Part shown: positions 11,423 to 24,091 of the stretch, one piece after another
Layout: the number at the start of each line of letters is the position of its first letter
How positions within the stretch are numbered: position 1 is the stretch's first letter
NCBI GenBank assembly: GCA_051294905.1
Contig: CM119371.1
Coordinates: 33,730,001 to 33,794,000 of the forward strand
Reading direction: 5' to 3'
Source: Botryllus schlosseri
Lineage: Eukaryota
DNA: 64,000 nucleotides
Position numbers and translations under genes: made by a program
The notes under the pieces: generated by a model
Databases searched by the model: none
What the model was told of the DNA's origin: nothing
What the model saw: the letters and a program-made list of their open reading frames with translations, nothing else

Positions 11423-14407
11423 TATAAGGTCACTTATTACTCAAAGTTGTATCAGAACAATATATACCGTAGAAAAGTGGTTCTCTTTTTTTGTTCACGG
11501 AACCCTTTTGTTTCGTTGGGGCCCCCGCAGACCCCACCTTTTTGGTTCAATTTAAACTCAATTTTAGTCGTGTCCGTTATAGGCTAGTGATAAACTGCAA
11601 AAATTGCGCCTTTCTTGAAAATCTGATACTATGCGGAATTTGTGAAGAGTTTTGTTGTTTCAAAGTGAATTCACTTTCGAAATTTCAACATCAGCATGTC
11701 AAAAGTGGTCTTGGTAATATGCGATTTATATAATATGACTAGAAGCAAAAATAGAATTTAGTCGAATGTAATGTTATTGCTTAAAAACGCTTCCGACGAC
11801 ACATTTGGGTTTGACTGTGAAATGAGGCACCAAAATACTAAGTTGATCATATCATGTTCAGCTTATTCATTCCTATCATTCACCCCATCTTGAATGTTTT
11901 CTGGATTAGTGACTATTTCATTCATGGGAGAAAACGGATGCCATGCAGAAGTGTCAACCCATATAGACAGATTAGGAACATGGTTCAAGAAATCTGTAAA
12001 TGTTCACTAATTTTCTTAGACTGACAGCTTCAAATCCAGAAAGTCTTGCAAATTTGGCAAAGGTGCCGTGATTTAGGCCTTCCTTTCTATTACAAACTTT
12101 TATCTTTTCCACAAATTCCAAGTAAACATCTCTGAACATAAATATGTTTGTATCCATAGGCCTACCCTTTCACTATATGTAGGATGACATCAGTCATCAG
12201 TGCCGATGCCGACATGCGAAAGAGACTTGTTAAAGTTATCTGTCAGTCGTCACTCTCACTGCCATTATACAATTAGCGGGATTGTCTTTAAATGATAGTA
12301 GATAGCAGCCAAAGCCCGCGAGGCGGGCGGTGCGATAGTTCAGGCTAGCGACACGACACCGTGAGCACGAGGAGACCTTTTACAGATGTGATTGCTAATC
12401 ATTATACGATTAACGGTATAACGGCCAAAGCCTGCGAGGCCGGCGGCGAGTTAGTTTAGGCCAACGAACCGACATCTTGCGCACGATGCCTATTACAGAT
12501 GCGATTGCGCCTAGGCTAACGGTTATGTCATGCGCAACAGGTCTGTTGGAGATGCGACTGATTACGCAAGCGATTTATCTTGCGCACATGGCCTCTTGTA
12601 TATGTATAAATTGCATATGCGATTGTTCGGGCCTTTCGTTGACGCGATGAATTGGCGAGAATTGCCGCGTGCGAGTGTCTGTTAGTGACCTAATTTCGCT
12701 CGCGTACAAACGGCAAACCAACTCAGCAGAAGATCGCGTGCTTTTGCACACGACGCTCGTTAATTGGCAACACGCTTCCCACAAATTGGCAGTGCGCACA
12801 CTCAATAATACGAATTATACTACGCGCGATGGCTGAAAGTGATGCGCGATTGGAAACAAACACGAAGATAGGTGTGATTTCAAGTTTTTTATCGAGAGAG
12901 ATTTTTTCAAGGCTTGTTGTACCCATGTATAATACGCACCCCGCTATTTTAGGGCAAAGAATAGTGAAAGTTTTGCGCATTATACATGGAAAATTACGGT
13001 AATTGCTTACTGGCAATTCGAATGAGTTCACACAGTCATAGGCGCCGGGCTTATCTATATACTTTTTTTAGGCATGCGGCATACCTAGAATTCCGTTTGG
13101 CATGTATCGGCATAAACGTCAATTGTGCTATTTAGAACAAATCGCAATGTATTTCCGTTCACGACATTACCCGCTGTGGCTTATGTTAGCAAGGTAACCC
13201 GTTGCACACGGCCAATTAGCGAGAAGCGTGTTGCCAATTAGCAAGATTCGTCTGTACACCTGCACAATGTCACGCGGCGCGATTTCGCGCTGAGATGATC
13301 GCGAAATTAGGTCATTGATCAGTTTTCTACAGATAGACATGCTATTGCAGTTTCTGCTTAAGTTTGCTATTTTTACAACTCTTTGCACTGATTCTTATCG
13401 CATGGAGCTTGTATGCGGTTCCGTGTCTAGAAGTATTGATGTACGTTGTACATTCCTCCTCATCACATTGAATAAAGGTCCATTGTGATTTGTATTAGAA
13501 GCCTGTATAGCTGCTGGACAACAATCTCTTTTCGTTGATGCATGTATTACTATTTTGTACTGTTCAACATGTCACTAGAATGCAGTACCTACTATAGAAG
13601 TTTGAACGGCATTGAAATCACTTTGCAATCTGTCTTGAAACTCAGTTGAAGGTAGTCTATGAATAGCATTAGAACAATATGAACAATTGAAAGTATGAGC
13701 CCAGCGTTTGTTTAAACGCTGTATTCCCGTGCTATTTCGGTTGATCATTTAATATTTGGATGATGAGGAGCCGAGGAGGCAAGTGTGTTGTGCTGATGTG
13801 TAAACCTGAACCTTTGTGAAAGCACTTAAATTATTTGAATGTTCAATTTCTCTCGGGTGAAAACTATTTTTGTATACCTTTGTGATTAAGATCAGACCGC
13901 TGCTCACTGCGATCCCCCATATATATGAGGATGACATTGGTAATGTCTCTTTATTCCAGAGAACTTTATTTGATGATGATACACAAAGTGTCAAGATACC
14001 TGGAAGCAAACAAACAATCCGATTTTGAATGAAGAAAATACTCTGACCCAATGACGTCATTGATATTTTCTCTGAACAATAATTATAAAAACGTATTTGT
14101 ATATGATTCGGCAAAATATCTTGATGTCATAATTCACGCTAATATGTCATGGACACGTCTCTATCCTATAGTCCTAGACCAGCTCTTCGGACCAGTCACT
14201 TCTATCATTGATCCATGTTCACTTACAATATTGAATCATAGTGTGGGCAAAAGCCAGCAAAACATTTTCTTGGTGAATTCAAACTGGTTCAAATTGGTCA
14301 ATACGTTTTACAGCTTCCGGCATCTCCCTAAATACTCAGAATGTATGTACGGTACTAATGTATGTACTCTGTAGCTTGATGTTTTAAGCTAATTGTAGGA
14401 ATTAGAT

Positions 14408-15330
14408 CAGTGGTTCTCAACCTTTTTGGCTTCGCGGACCCCTTTTGACCGTCACGGACCCTCGCGGACCCCCTCCAAGTTAAAGTTCAATTTTAGCTCT
14501 ATTATGCTGCAACCTTCATCTGTCCTGTGCAAATATGAACTGTAGGCTTGTGATAAACAGTAAAATAATGGATTTTTCTTGTAAATAACATTGTACTATT
14601 TATGTAGAAAATGGTAGACTTTTAATATTTCATAGCAAATTTTGCTGCTGTATTTCTGGAAGTACATGGTCGTGTCTTGAATATCCGCGTCTTCGTTTTG
14701 ATATGAACGAGGAGTGCTGAAAACCATTGTCGCAAAGATAGATGGAGGCTAACGCAAGATTAACGCATAACACTTCCGACGATACTTTTGGTGTGATTGC
14801 AATATTTATGGCACCAAAATGAAGAAACATATATTTTATGAACATATCACGTCCAGCATCTAGCGTAGGGACGGGCAACATACGGACCTCGGGCCGGATT
14901 CGGCCCGCGGCGGCATTTTGATCGGCCCGCAGAGAGTTTCTACCGTCAAAGTGAAATCCTAATCTAAAAGTATAGACGGATTTTATGCGCCATAGAATGG
15001 ATCCAAGTTGTCCAACCTGAGAGAGACTGTCATGAAACGACTTGCTCTGTTCGGGTTTACATATAGATTTACGAGCAAACATTTTAGACCATGAACAATT
15101 GAACATTAATAAGACAAGGCTGCATACCAATACAACTCGTGATATAAATTTCAGAGTTGGAGCGTAATGCTTTGATAGCAACGAAACACTCCTTATTGTT
15201 CATCAAAAAATATCATTGTCCGATTTATGACGAGTGTCAGCCAAAAATATTCGGGTTCATTTCAATATTAATATACTATTCAATTGTATATATTGAAGTT
15301 CTGTACCTCCAAGAACCTGTTCAAATAGTA
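14408..15330. mobile_element. Truncated hAT element, same family as 44963-48224 (inverted)
   Basis: Starts CAGTGGTTCTCAACC; 14408-15190 mirrors 47480-48224 and 15210-15330 mirrors 45450-45570. Confidence 0.75.
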
Positions 15331-16443
15331 CCGTAATTTACTAAGTATAGTACGTCCCCGCCCCATGTATAATACGCACCCTTGAAATAGCATGTAATTT
15401 CTGTGAAAAAGCCTGTACCCGTGTATAGTACGCACCCTGCATTCGCAGTACATGAATAGCTGTGTTTTAACCCACCTCCCGCGGTCGGCCTCAGGACCGA
15501 ATTTTAATGCATTCAGAAAAAGATTCATAAAATGTGAACCGCGGGACTTGAACCGACACCCAATATATCGCTGTAATCAGGAAACAGGCGCCTAACCAAC
15601 TGAGCTACTCTGAAAGCGAGAGAGTAACAGGTGATGCCCCTATGCCTGGAAGTGTTCTCAACTTTTTGAAAATAAAAGAGAATTTGATTTTTGAATTTGC
15701 GACTACGTCATACACGGAGCTGCTCGGGATAGAATCATCGTCTGACTCATTCCACAGCAATATCAGGATTCCAAAACGACCTGAGTGAGGTTCTTACGAT
15801 AATACAGTCGATTGTAACGAGTGCTGATATACCGATGGCTACAGTTGGCTACACTGTGTTCGACGCCAGGCGTCTCGCATTCAGCGCACATACACGCGCC
15901 GCGTGTTGTTGTTTGAAAATGACATAGTATCGCGGACGTTGAAATTATTCATTTCACAACGCCGTTGTATGTAATCGCTTATCAATTCTTTGTACGAGAT
16001 AGTGTTATGTGTTGAAACGAACTTTGCCGTTGTAAAACAACTAGAACTGAATTGGTTGAATTGACGGGTAGTCATACCTGCGATATGAATACAGTGTCCC
16101 ACTGATATTTTAGTTGGCATTTCAAATCACTTTATCAAATATTATGCAAGCCATCGACGGTGGTGGTGTAGACAAACGCTTTGAGACAAGGCCTATCTAT
16201 TGAACAGATAATAGGCATCCACAACCACCTCAGCTATCGCAGAAGACATAGTGGTTTCTGTACCACACGCTCATCGCAGCAATCAGTTTCGAAGTGCTTT
16301 CGCGACATCAGACTCTACATATCTATACAATACATCTATACGCGAACTTGACAATCGACATTCAGCCATATTTTGGTAAAAGAATATAGTATTTTAGGCC
16401 AAAAAATCGGTAAAATTTTGTGCATTATACATGGAAAATTACA
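15331..16443. mobile_element. Tc1/mariner-pogo-like MITE (TA-CCGTA termini)
   Basis: TA|CCGTAATTT..ATGTATAATACGCACCC at left, degenerate GCATTATACATGGAAAATTAC at right; a related end occurs at ~12925-13002. Confidence 0.5.
15533..15614 (-). pseudogene. tRNA-derived sequence (tRNA pseudogene or SINE head)
   Basis: Minus strand A-box TAGCTCAGTTGG and B-box GGTTCAAGTCCC at tRNA-like spacing, followed by TTTT. Acceptor and anticodon stems are not canonical. Confidence 0.55.
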
Positions 16444-17578
16444 TTAGTAGCAGCCTTCTCAATATGAGCCAGAATCGCAATCGTGTGCTCCTCGCGAAAG
16501 AAATTTGTTTGTGGTGCATTTGGGCGATTTCAATATATTTCCACTATTTCCTTTACCGATAAAATCGACAATTCTGATGGGGGTCAAGAAATAACAGCAT
16601 GCAACAAAGTGACTAATAACAATTGGCTCACCCTAAGATGCATTATCATTTATAACTTGCCTTAAATTTTCGAAAGCACTTCCTCCATAAACCCTACCGG
16701 TGAATCTGATCACATGGACGGAGAAAGGATAAATATTTGATAGTAATATGTGATACTGCTTACTATTAATTCCGGAATTCATCCGTGAATCTGAAAAATT
16801 TCCGCGCTCCGTGCGACAATATGCAATCCCAGCAACAATTCATAACATTGCCACTCGCGATTTCAATGTGTAGAATAGAATGAAAAGTAGAATAGTCCGG
16901 AGTTCACTGGGAATGGATATGGACAGATTAACATAGGTATTTTTCGTTCAGTTAGTTCATTACGGCTATTTGTGCATTCTCATTTTCCAGTGATGGAGCT
17001 TTTGGGGTTGTGGCAAAAATATTTACTGATTGCATGACGTCACGGTTGCTGTATCACTATTTCTATCGTAATGTCGTTTTCTGTTTTATCGTCCCTAGTT
17101 TCAAGGCAATCATAGTTTGCTAAGCCACCCCCCCCCCCCCCCCCCCCCGAAGTCAGATGTAATGAAATCATACACTCTTATTCTTATGATTTTCGTTGTA
17201 CGTAGAAATTTGTGAGAGTCCGTTAATTTCATGCAGATTTGCACGGAATTGAGTAAAATGTCCTGATTTGCTTATATAAGTACATCATTGTGTTGACTTC
17301 GTGGAATCGCATTTTCACTTACTGTCAAATTATAATGCTGCAGCTACAAAACTGTGACTGAATTATTCAAGAATAACGTGACAGTGCAGCATTATTTGGA
17401 ATGCAGTCAGTTTCATTCTAGACATATATTTGTATGTTGTACGATATACCAATTAGCAAATTATGTTGTCTATAATCTATCGTTGCTCTTTGTTTGGATT
17501 AAATCCATATGGCGTACTGTCATTGAGCCACGCTGTGTGTGCTAAGCAGAGTTATCAATAGTTACACGAAAAAGGGAC

Positions 17579-18547
17579 ATGGAATCGAATGTACCAACTA
17601 TTGATCATGACATGAAGGACCTTTTCTACGATATTTTCAAGAAAGAAGGATCTCGAAACGATAACCCTTTTCTTCATACACATGAGCATGGTGGCGTCAA
17701 AAATTATAAATGTGATATATGTGGAAGAGCATATTCTCAAAAGCGTGGCCTCAATCAGCATATGGATATGCATGCCGGCATCAAAAATCATGAATGCGAT
17801 ATTTGTGGGAGGGCATTCACTTTGAAAATTGACTTCAAGCGTCATATGCATATGCACACTGGCACCAAAAATCATAAATGCGATTTTTGTGGGAAAGCAT
17901 TCAGTAGGAAGAGCGAGCTCAAGCCACATATGGATATACATGCCGGTATTAAAAATCATAAATGCGAATTATGTGGGAAGGAATTTAGTAGGAAAGGTTA
18001 CCTCAACATTCATATGAATCTTCATGCTGGCATCAAAAACCATAAATGTGATATTTGTGGAAAAGAGTTTGGTCGAAAATATGTCCTCGAGCGACATATC
18101 GAAAGACATCTTGGCGTCAAAAGCCATAAATGTGATATTTGCGGGGATGAATTTGTCTTGAAAAGTGTCCTCGAACGTCATATGCATATGCATGCTGGCA
18201 CTAAAAACTATAAATGTGATATTTGTGGAAAAGTATTCAGTCGAAAATCTCACCTCGAGCGCCATGTTTTAGATCTACATGCTGGCATCAAAAACCATGA
18301 ATGTTATATTTGTGGGAAACAATTTGTTCGAAATGTACACCTCAAGCTCCATATCGACATGCATGTTGGCATCAAAAACCATAAATGCGATATTTGTGGG
18401 AAAGAATTGAGACGCAAAAGTACCCTTAAGAATCATATGCAGATGCATGCTGGTGTCAAAAACTATAAATGTCATATTTGCGATAAAGAATTTAATTATT
18501 TGAGCCACATTGGTATTCATTATTCACACTTGTGTCTAAAACAATGA
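17579..18547 (+). CDS. Tandem C2H2 zinc-finger protein (~10 fingers); may be the last exon of a spliced gene
   Basis: 322-aa ORF with 28-aa period C-x2-C-x3-F-x5-L-x2-H-x3-H and H(A/T)G(I/V/T)KNH/YKC linkers. Confidence 0.9.
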   Translation: MESNVPTIDHDMKDLFYDIFKKEGSRNDNPFLHTHEHGGVKNYKCDICGRAYSQKRGLNQHMDMHAGIKNHECDICGRAFTLKIDFKRHMHMHTGTKNHKCDFCGKAFSRKSELKPHMDIHAGIKNHKCELCGKEFSRKGYLNIHMNLHAGIKNHKCDICGKEFGRKYVLERHIERHLGVKSHKCDICGDEFVLKSVLERHMHMHAGTKNYKCDICGKVFSRKSHLERHVLDLHAGIKNHECYICGKQFVRNVHLKLHIDMHVGIKNHKCDICGKELRRKSTLKNHMQMHAGVKNYKCHICDKEFNYLSHIGIHYSHLCLKQ

Positions 18548-19589
18548 ATGTGAATTTTGTGACAAAATTTGATCAAGTCAAATTTCGTTTCGGTATCATT
18601 AGTCCATGGAATCTTGATGTATTACTGAGGCACTGCGCTCTAAATATGATGTGGTCGGCAGCAGCCATTTCCTCTCAAACCACCATGTTCGATCTGCAGC
18701 TAAAAGATTTGCAAGAAAAGTACCATGCCAATACGTCTATCACTGTGATATCAAGATGTCGTGCTATCACTTCTTAACCCTTTGCAGACTTTATGGCCCA
18801 TACTGTACTGGCAGTCGACGGACAACGTTCAACCAGGTATATTAGTGTGCGAAGCTTGTTGCTGGTACAAGCCCATTTTCAGTTGTCGTTGGTACGTCAT
18901 CTAACTGTAACCAAACCACCTTGCTATTGAATCGAAAGACACATTTCCTTACTAATCTCGACTGACAACTATTTAAAATTCATACTCTGCCTTGACCGCG
19001 TTGAAACAGTGCAACAGTGAAGCAATGCGTGCCATGTTGAAAAGCTATTGACTGGTCGACTCGATATCACAGAGATTCCTTGTCTGGAATGGTACTTTTC
19101 GTAGATATCTATGAGGTGCAGTTTCATTACCGTGATTTTCTGAGGAAAATGACCGCCGCCAAAGTGTTTTTCACGCTGTCAACGTTTGTTTAAGACCACA
19201 TCATATTTAGAACGCTGTGCCCCTTTCTTATTCTTATGCAAGATTTTTGTGTCAATATTCATTATTTTCCGGTATCTTGAAGTTATGTAATTTTGGCCTC
19301 ACATTCTATGAGCCAACTTCGTGCCTGAATATTCCCTGACGTAACAGCAATTCCTTGCGTTATTATTGAATGCTCCTCAAGAGGTTATGTGTGTGTGGGA
19401 TTAGAGCGGGCAATGGACCGGAACAGGACTGGATATCCGGCCGTTTTTTTTCATTTTCTGTCGGAACCTGATTCGCATTAATTTTCCAAAGCGTTCGAAG
19501 CCAAATCGTACTTTTTGATATGGTCATAATCGCTATTGGGCCTATTGATGAACATGAATTTTGTAAATACCAAATGCGCCAATACAAAC

Positions 19590-20123
19590 CAGAGGTCGAC
19601 CGATTATCAAGGACGATATTTGAAACTTTCCCGATTATCGATATTTGATTATGAAGGCAGAGATTTTATGCCTGAAAAAATTCAAAAATATTGGAAATTC
19701 AATGCTCCGTGTTTTCAATCTCTAGAAATCGACGACGAAAAGGGCGATACGTAACAGATTTCGCCTTGAAGTACGAGTTCAACTGCATTAGCATGCAGAG
19801 AAACTATGTGTGTCCTGCATTACAATCTACCTTTACTGGGCTGATCTGCAATTCCTTATCACACGTTGCCTTTTGGGTTATCCCGAATTTCAATGAAAGT
19901 GCACAATTAATCAATAATTATTTTTGATTTGAGTTTTCTCGTTTGTTGTTCTGCTTTCAGTGGCATGTACTAGTGCCATCTTGCCTGATGTATAATTTTT
20001 TTGGCGAAATGGTCCTCTGCTCCTTCCATATAAATATCGGCCTGTGATATCGGTTATCGGCCTTGTGAGTGTGTCGATATTAATCGGTATCGGCCTGCAA
20101 AAATCAATATCGGTAGACCTCTA
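19590..20123. mobile_element. (T/C)AGAGGTCGACCGAT MITE, copy 1
   Basis: TIRs with CCGAT/ATCGG repeats; TSD ATACAAAC/ATGCAAAC; homologous to 30199-30735. Confidence 0.8.
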
Positions 20124-21034
20124 ATGCAAACCTGTGTTCAATACAAATATGTGAGTTTTTATTGCAATATTCAATAAAGGCTATAACCTGAACCCTTACT
20201 GGATAATTAACTGTTTTTGTAGTTTACCAGAAATGAATCCTCGTAGATGATTATTTTAGGACTGAATAACGGTAATCTCGAGAATCCGGCGTAGAAGCCG
20301 GACCAGATAATCTGCCGATCCGCCCCGCACTAGTGTGGAGAGACCCGGTTTTTGTAATGGCTCAATACCGGTTATTATATTTGACTGAATAAATGGCTAG
20401 TGTTGTTGCCACGTACACTTGCGGTAGAATTGTGTCGAGCTAGCTGGTTCCGTACTGACTATCTAGTTTTTGAATTTCCGACATGGTGGACACTCCATTT
20501 GACGGAGAATAACCTCCTATCCGTTAACCCATTCAAAATCTGACACGATTCGAGTAAGCGTTGAAGAATCCTTCACTGGAAAACGAAGTCTGTTATGTTT
20601 TTTTTCTGTTCTTTTTGAGGTCTTGTAAAATGCCACTGCTGCTATGGATATTTGTATCAATATCGTGTTCTGTACCATCAATTTAATAGTTGTGAAAATC
20701 GCATTTGTAGGAAATCTACCTTTGAAAGACTTCGCTTATATCATGTGCCCCAATGCGTTCCCAACTATGCCCGAGTTGAGCCAAATATGATCTGCAGCAC
20801 TCTGTAAATTTTAATATGACCAGGTTTACGTCATTGCAGCCTTCCGCATGTCATGGCGTAAAATATTGCTAGATTTTATACACGAGACAACAGTGCATTT
20901 GTTATATCAATTTCGTTGATGTCAATAAATGATTAGTTGAATAAACACAATTCACTGATTACCTACATGAAGGGTATTTCGTTCTTGATGTTGTGTGATT
21001 GCGGGCCAACTCACAGCATAGAGTCACTAAATAT

Positions 21035-21572
21035 CAGGGTTGTAACCGGGTAACATGGCTTTGAGTCATAAGTCAATCTAACTTTTGTAGTTTAAACTCG
21101 AGTCAAGTCGAGTCATTTTCAATTTACCGTCGAGTCAAGTCCCAAGTCAGCGAACAGAGGGTCGAGTCAGAGTCTTGGTATTATGACTCGAGTCCAAGTC
21201 ATTGTGTTGACTGCTCAGTTTCCAGTTGAAGTCACTTTTTATACCTTTGTTTGGTCACATCGAATGTTTCGCTTTTATAATATACTAATTTTCCTTACTT
21301 TCAGCAGTTCCTGGTCGCATTTTCAAGTACCCAGTACCAATAGACGAAATCCCAATAGTGTGGTTACTTTACCTTTCTTCGAAATTACAATGAAAATTCG
21401 GTCTTGGCCGTTTGAGTCTCGAATCATATGACTTGGTTCGAGTCATGCGTAATGACTCGCGTCCAAGTCGTGCCAATACACACATTGACTCGAGTCGAGT
21501 CATTTCCATATTTTGAGAAAATAACTCGAGTCATCAGAAAATCGAGACTCGAGTCGAGTCATTACAACTCTG
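21035..21572. mobile_element. CAGGGTTGTAA MITE with GACTCGAGTC repeats, copy 1
   Basis: TIRs; TSD CTAAATAT/CTGAACAT; homologous to 26388-26961. Confidence 0.8.
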
Positions 21573-23127
21573 CTGAACATTTACAAACGGAAAGTAGAAT
21601 ATTTCGAGCAAACTTATCTATCTAACGACGTAAACTCAATTTTTGAAACTTGCAAGGTGTATGTTCGTTTAGTGCTAAATTTCTAATAAAGCTTCCAGCC
21701 CGTTGCAGACAGTGGACCGAAGTTGAAATGCAATGAATTTCATATTATGATGTCATAATCACGTGTCAACGCGAACCCAAATTTCTGAGGTTCATTCACA
21801 GAACGCAAACGTGAACCTCACTTTGAAACCATCCCTTGCCTAACTGCAGAAGCATGGCGCTGCCGCATGCTTGCTGGTGGTCACTGTGGAAAGAAATCGA
21901 AGTATACTGCATGGTATACGCCATGTGCTGTTTACCAGCAGCCCAGATCAAGCCGATTGCCTGACAGTTAAGTATACGACTCAATGAAAAACGACAGTTG
22001 AGGATGCGACAACCTAACTTAGCTTCCACTGTCTGGAACCCTTTGAAAGCTATTACAGCGCATTTGCAAGAGATAGTGGTTGCCGGCGTGACAAAAATAT
22101 TATTCGTGTCGAACTCGACGGATTAAATTTATCCGATGCGGACCCCTGAATGACTTGAAGATGTTCAATTTGCCCTATTTTGGAATGAAGCAATTATATT
22201 ATAGTGATAAATGAGCAATCATCAGCAGACAATGCCGCACATAAATTTAGGTATTTTTTAAAAGGGGGTTTTGGTGTCCCTAAAACCTTTTAACAGGTCA
22301 CTGTCCTAACCTCACATAGACTTGTCTGAGGTACTACAAGAAATAACGATTCTGGCTGTTATGAAAATTTGCAAAAAAAGTTGCATCAATATTGACGAAT
22401 AAGATGCGAATTAAGTACAAAATTGAAAATTTATCAGAGAGTCATATCAAATCATCAAAAGGGCCATTTATGATTCGCGAATCATTAGTTCCCGACTCCT
22501 GAGCTACAGCAAATGGACCGCCTCATGTTGGGCGAAACCAATATAGCCTACATATATGTCGAATTTTCCCTTTTCCGTAGGCGCCTAAACGGACGGCAAC
22601 TGATATTCTTGTCCTGGCAATCCGAGCCCCACTTTACAAATGCCACCGGTAGAAAAAAATTATGCCCCTTGAAGAAATGCCAAGTTTGAGTCGTGTGCGT
22701 CGCACGGAAAAAGTTCTTCAGGTCTGGTAGCCTACTTGCTCCAGCGATTTCGAAATATATATTGATTATACTGCAAACGGAAGTTCACGAAATAGCAACA
22801 CCAAGCAAAGTAGATGATATCAACGTGCCCGCCCGCAGATGTGTAAGTAATAATTTCGAGCTCTGAAATTTCAAAGACACCAATTAAAAATTTGACAGTA
22901 TATGTTATTCCAATTTTATTGATCTACATACACCCAAGATGTGTTTTTCGAGCTTCGCACGACTGGGCAACACCAGTTCCTTGTAGTCAGTGACTATAAG
23001 TCACCGAATACTGGACACGCCAGAAAGGGGGTGCTGGGGGTCCAAGACCCCCATAAGTTAAGTTTAACACCTTATGAGGGTCCAAGACCAGCGTTTTGGG
23101 GGCTGACGAAGTACTGTTACGGCCCTG

Positions 23128-23300
23128 GTTGTAGGCATACTTCGGACAATCAAGAAGAAAATGTTCGACGGTTTCGCTGGCCAGGCACCGGCGCATCGCA
23201 AAGGCCATTTACATGACTTTGTATCCTGTGGGGGTGTCATTTCGGTCTGGAGTCACAAGTCTATATGCTAATTAGGATTGCAGATGCCCCGCTTAACTTT
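23128..23300 (-). pseudogene. Non-LTR retrotransposon ORF2 C-terminal zinc-knuckle remnant
   Basis: ..GLCD..CLASETVEHFLLDCPKYA resembles the C-x-C...ETVEH-x3-CP-x-Y tail of LINE ORF2 proteins. Confidence 0.55.
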
Positions 23301-23654
23301 AACTTGCGTGAGCGATACAGCAAGTAGGTTATATAGTATAGCACAGTGGTTCTCAACCGCCGGTCCGCGACGACTTTTCTACCGGTCCCCTGGGTATATT
23401 AGAATTTTATACCTTAATTTCAATATGCAATTTGCTGAACACTTGTCCATTGATAAAATAAATGAAATATTAAATTTTATACTGATTCAGAACTTCGTGA
23501 GGAACTTCAGGACCCACGCTTGATCTGACTTGAAGCTCTCGCTGTGTCATATATATGACGACACGCAAGCGACAAGTACGAGCTGACTCGCTAAACCGCG
23601 CAGTTTGCACGATCATTCGTTTTCAACTCATTCATTTTGTGCATGACCGTAAAT

Positions 23655-24091
23655 TAGGCTTACCATACGTCCTCTTTTAAGAGGATTTGTCCTCTTTTTT
23701 GACTTTTTTGAAAGTGTCCTCGGAGGACGCCCTTTTGTCCTCTTTTTTGAGATTTTGTCCTCTTTTTTGAAAATTTAGGTCAGATTTAGAGGAAATTGCG
23801 AGTGATATGCCGCAAATTAGCGCAGAAGTGAAGCTCCGGCGGTTATATCGGAGGGAAAAGCGGTGATTTGAGCTCTGAGCGAAAAGAAGACCTTTTTTTT
23901 TACTCATCCACCTAGCAATGTGTAGTGAAAAACGTGATTTTGAGCTCTGAGCGGAAGTGATGACCTTTTTTTTTTAGTCAACCGATCATGAAGTGGGAAA
24001 AATTTACCGGTTTTTGAGAATTTTTCTCCAGTTTTGCATGTCTGAATGAAAAAGTGTCCTCTTTTTTCATTTCCGAAATATGGTAAGCCTA
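23655..24091. mobile_element. TAGGCTTACCATA MITE, copy 2
   Basis: TIRs; perfect TSD CCGTAAAT. Confidence 0.9.

Noticed and set aside
15533..15614. Functional tRNA gene
   Set aside because: No clean acceptor or anticodon stem could be folded by eye.
17128..17148. Poly-C run, plus short tandem duplications at ~5686-5745, ~9957-10002 and ~10144-10175
   Set aside because: Simple slippage products with no further structure.
17555..18520. Minus-strand ORFs over the ZF gene
   Set aside because: Antisense shadows of the repetitive zinc-finger codons.
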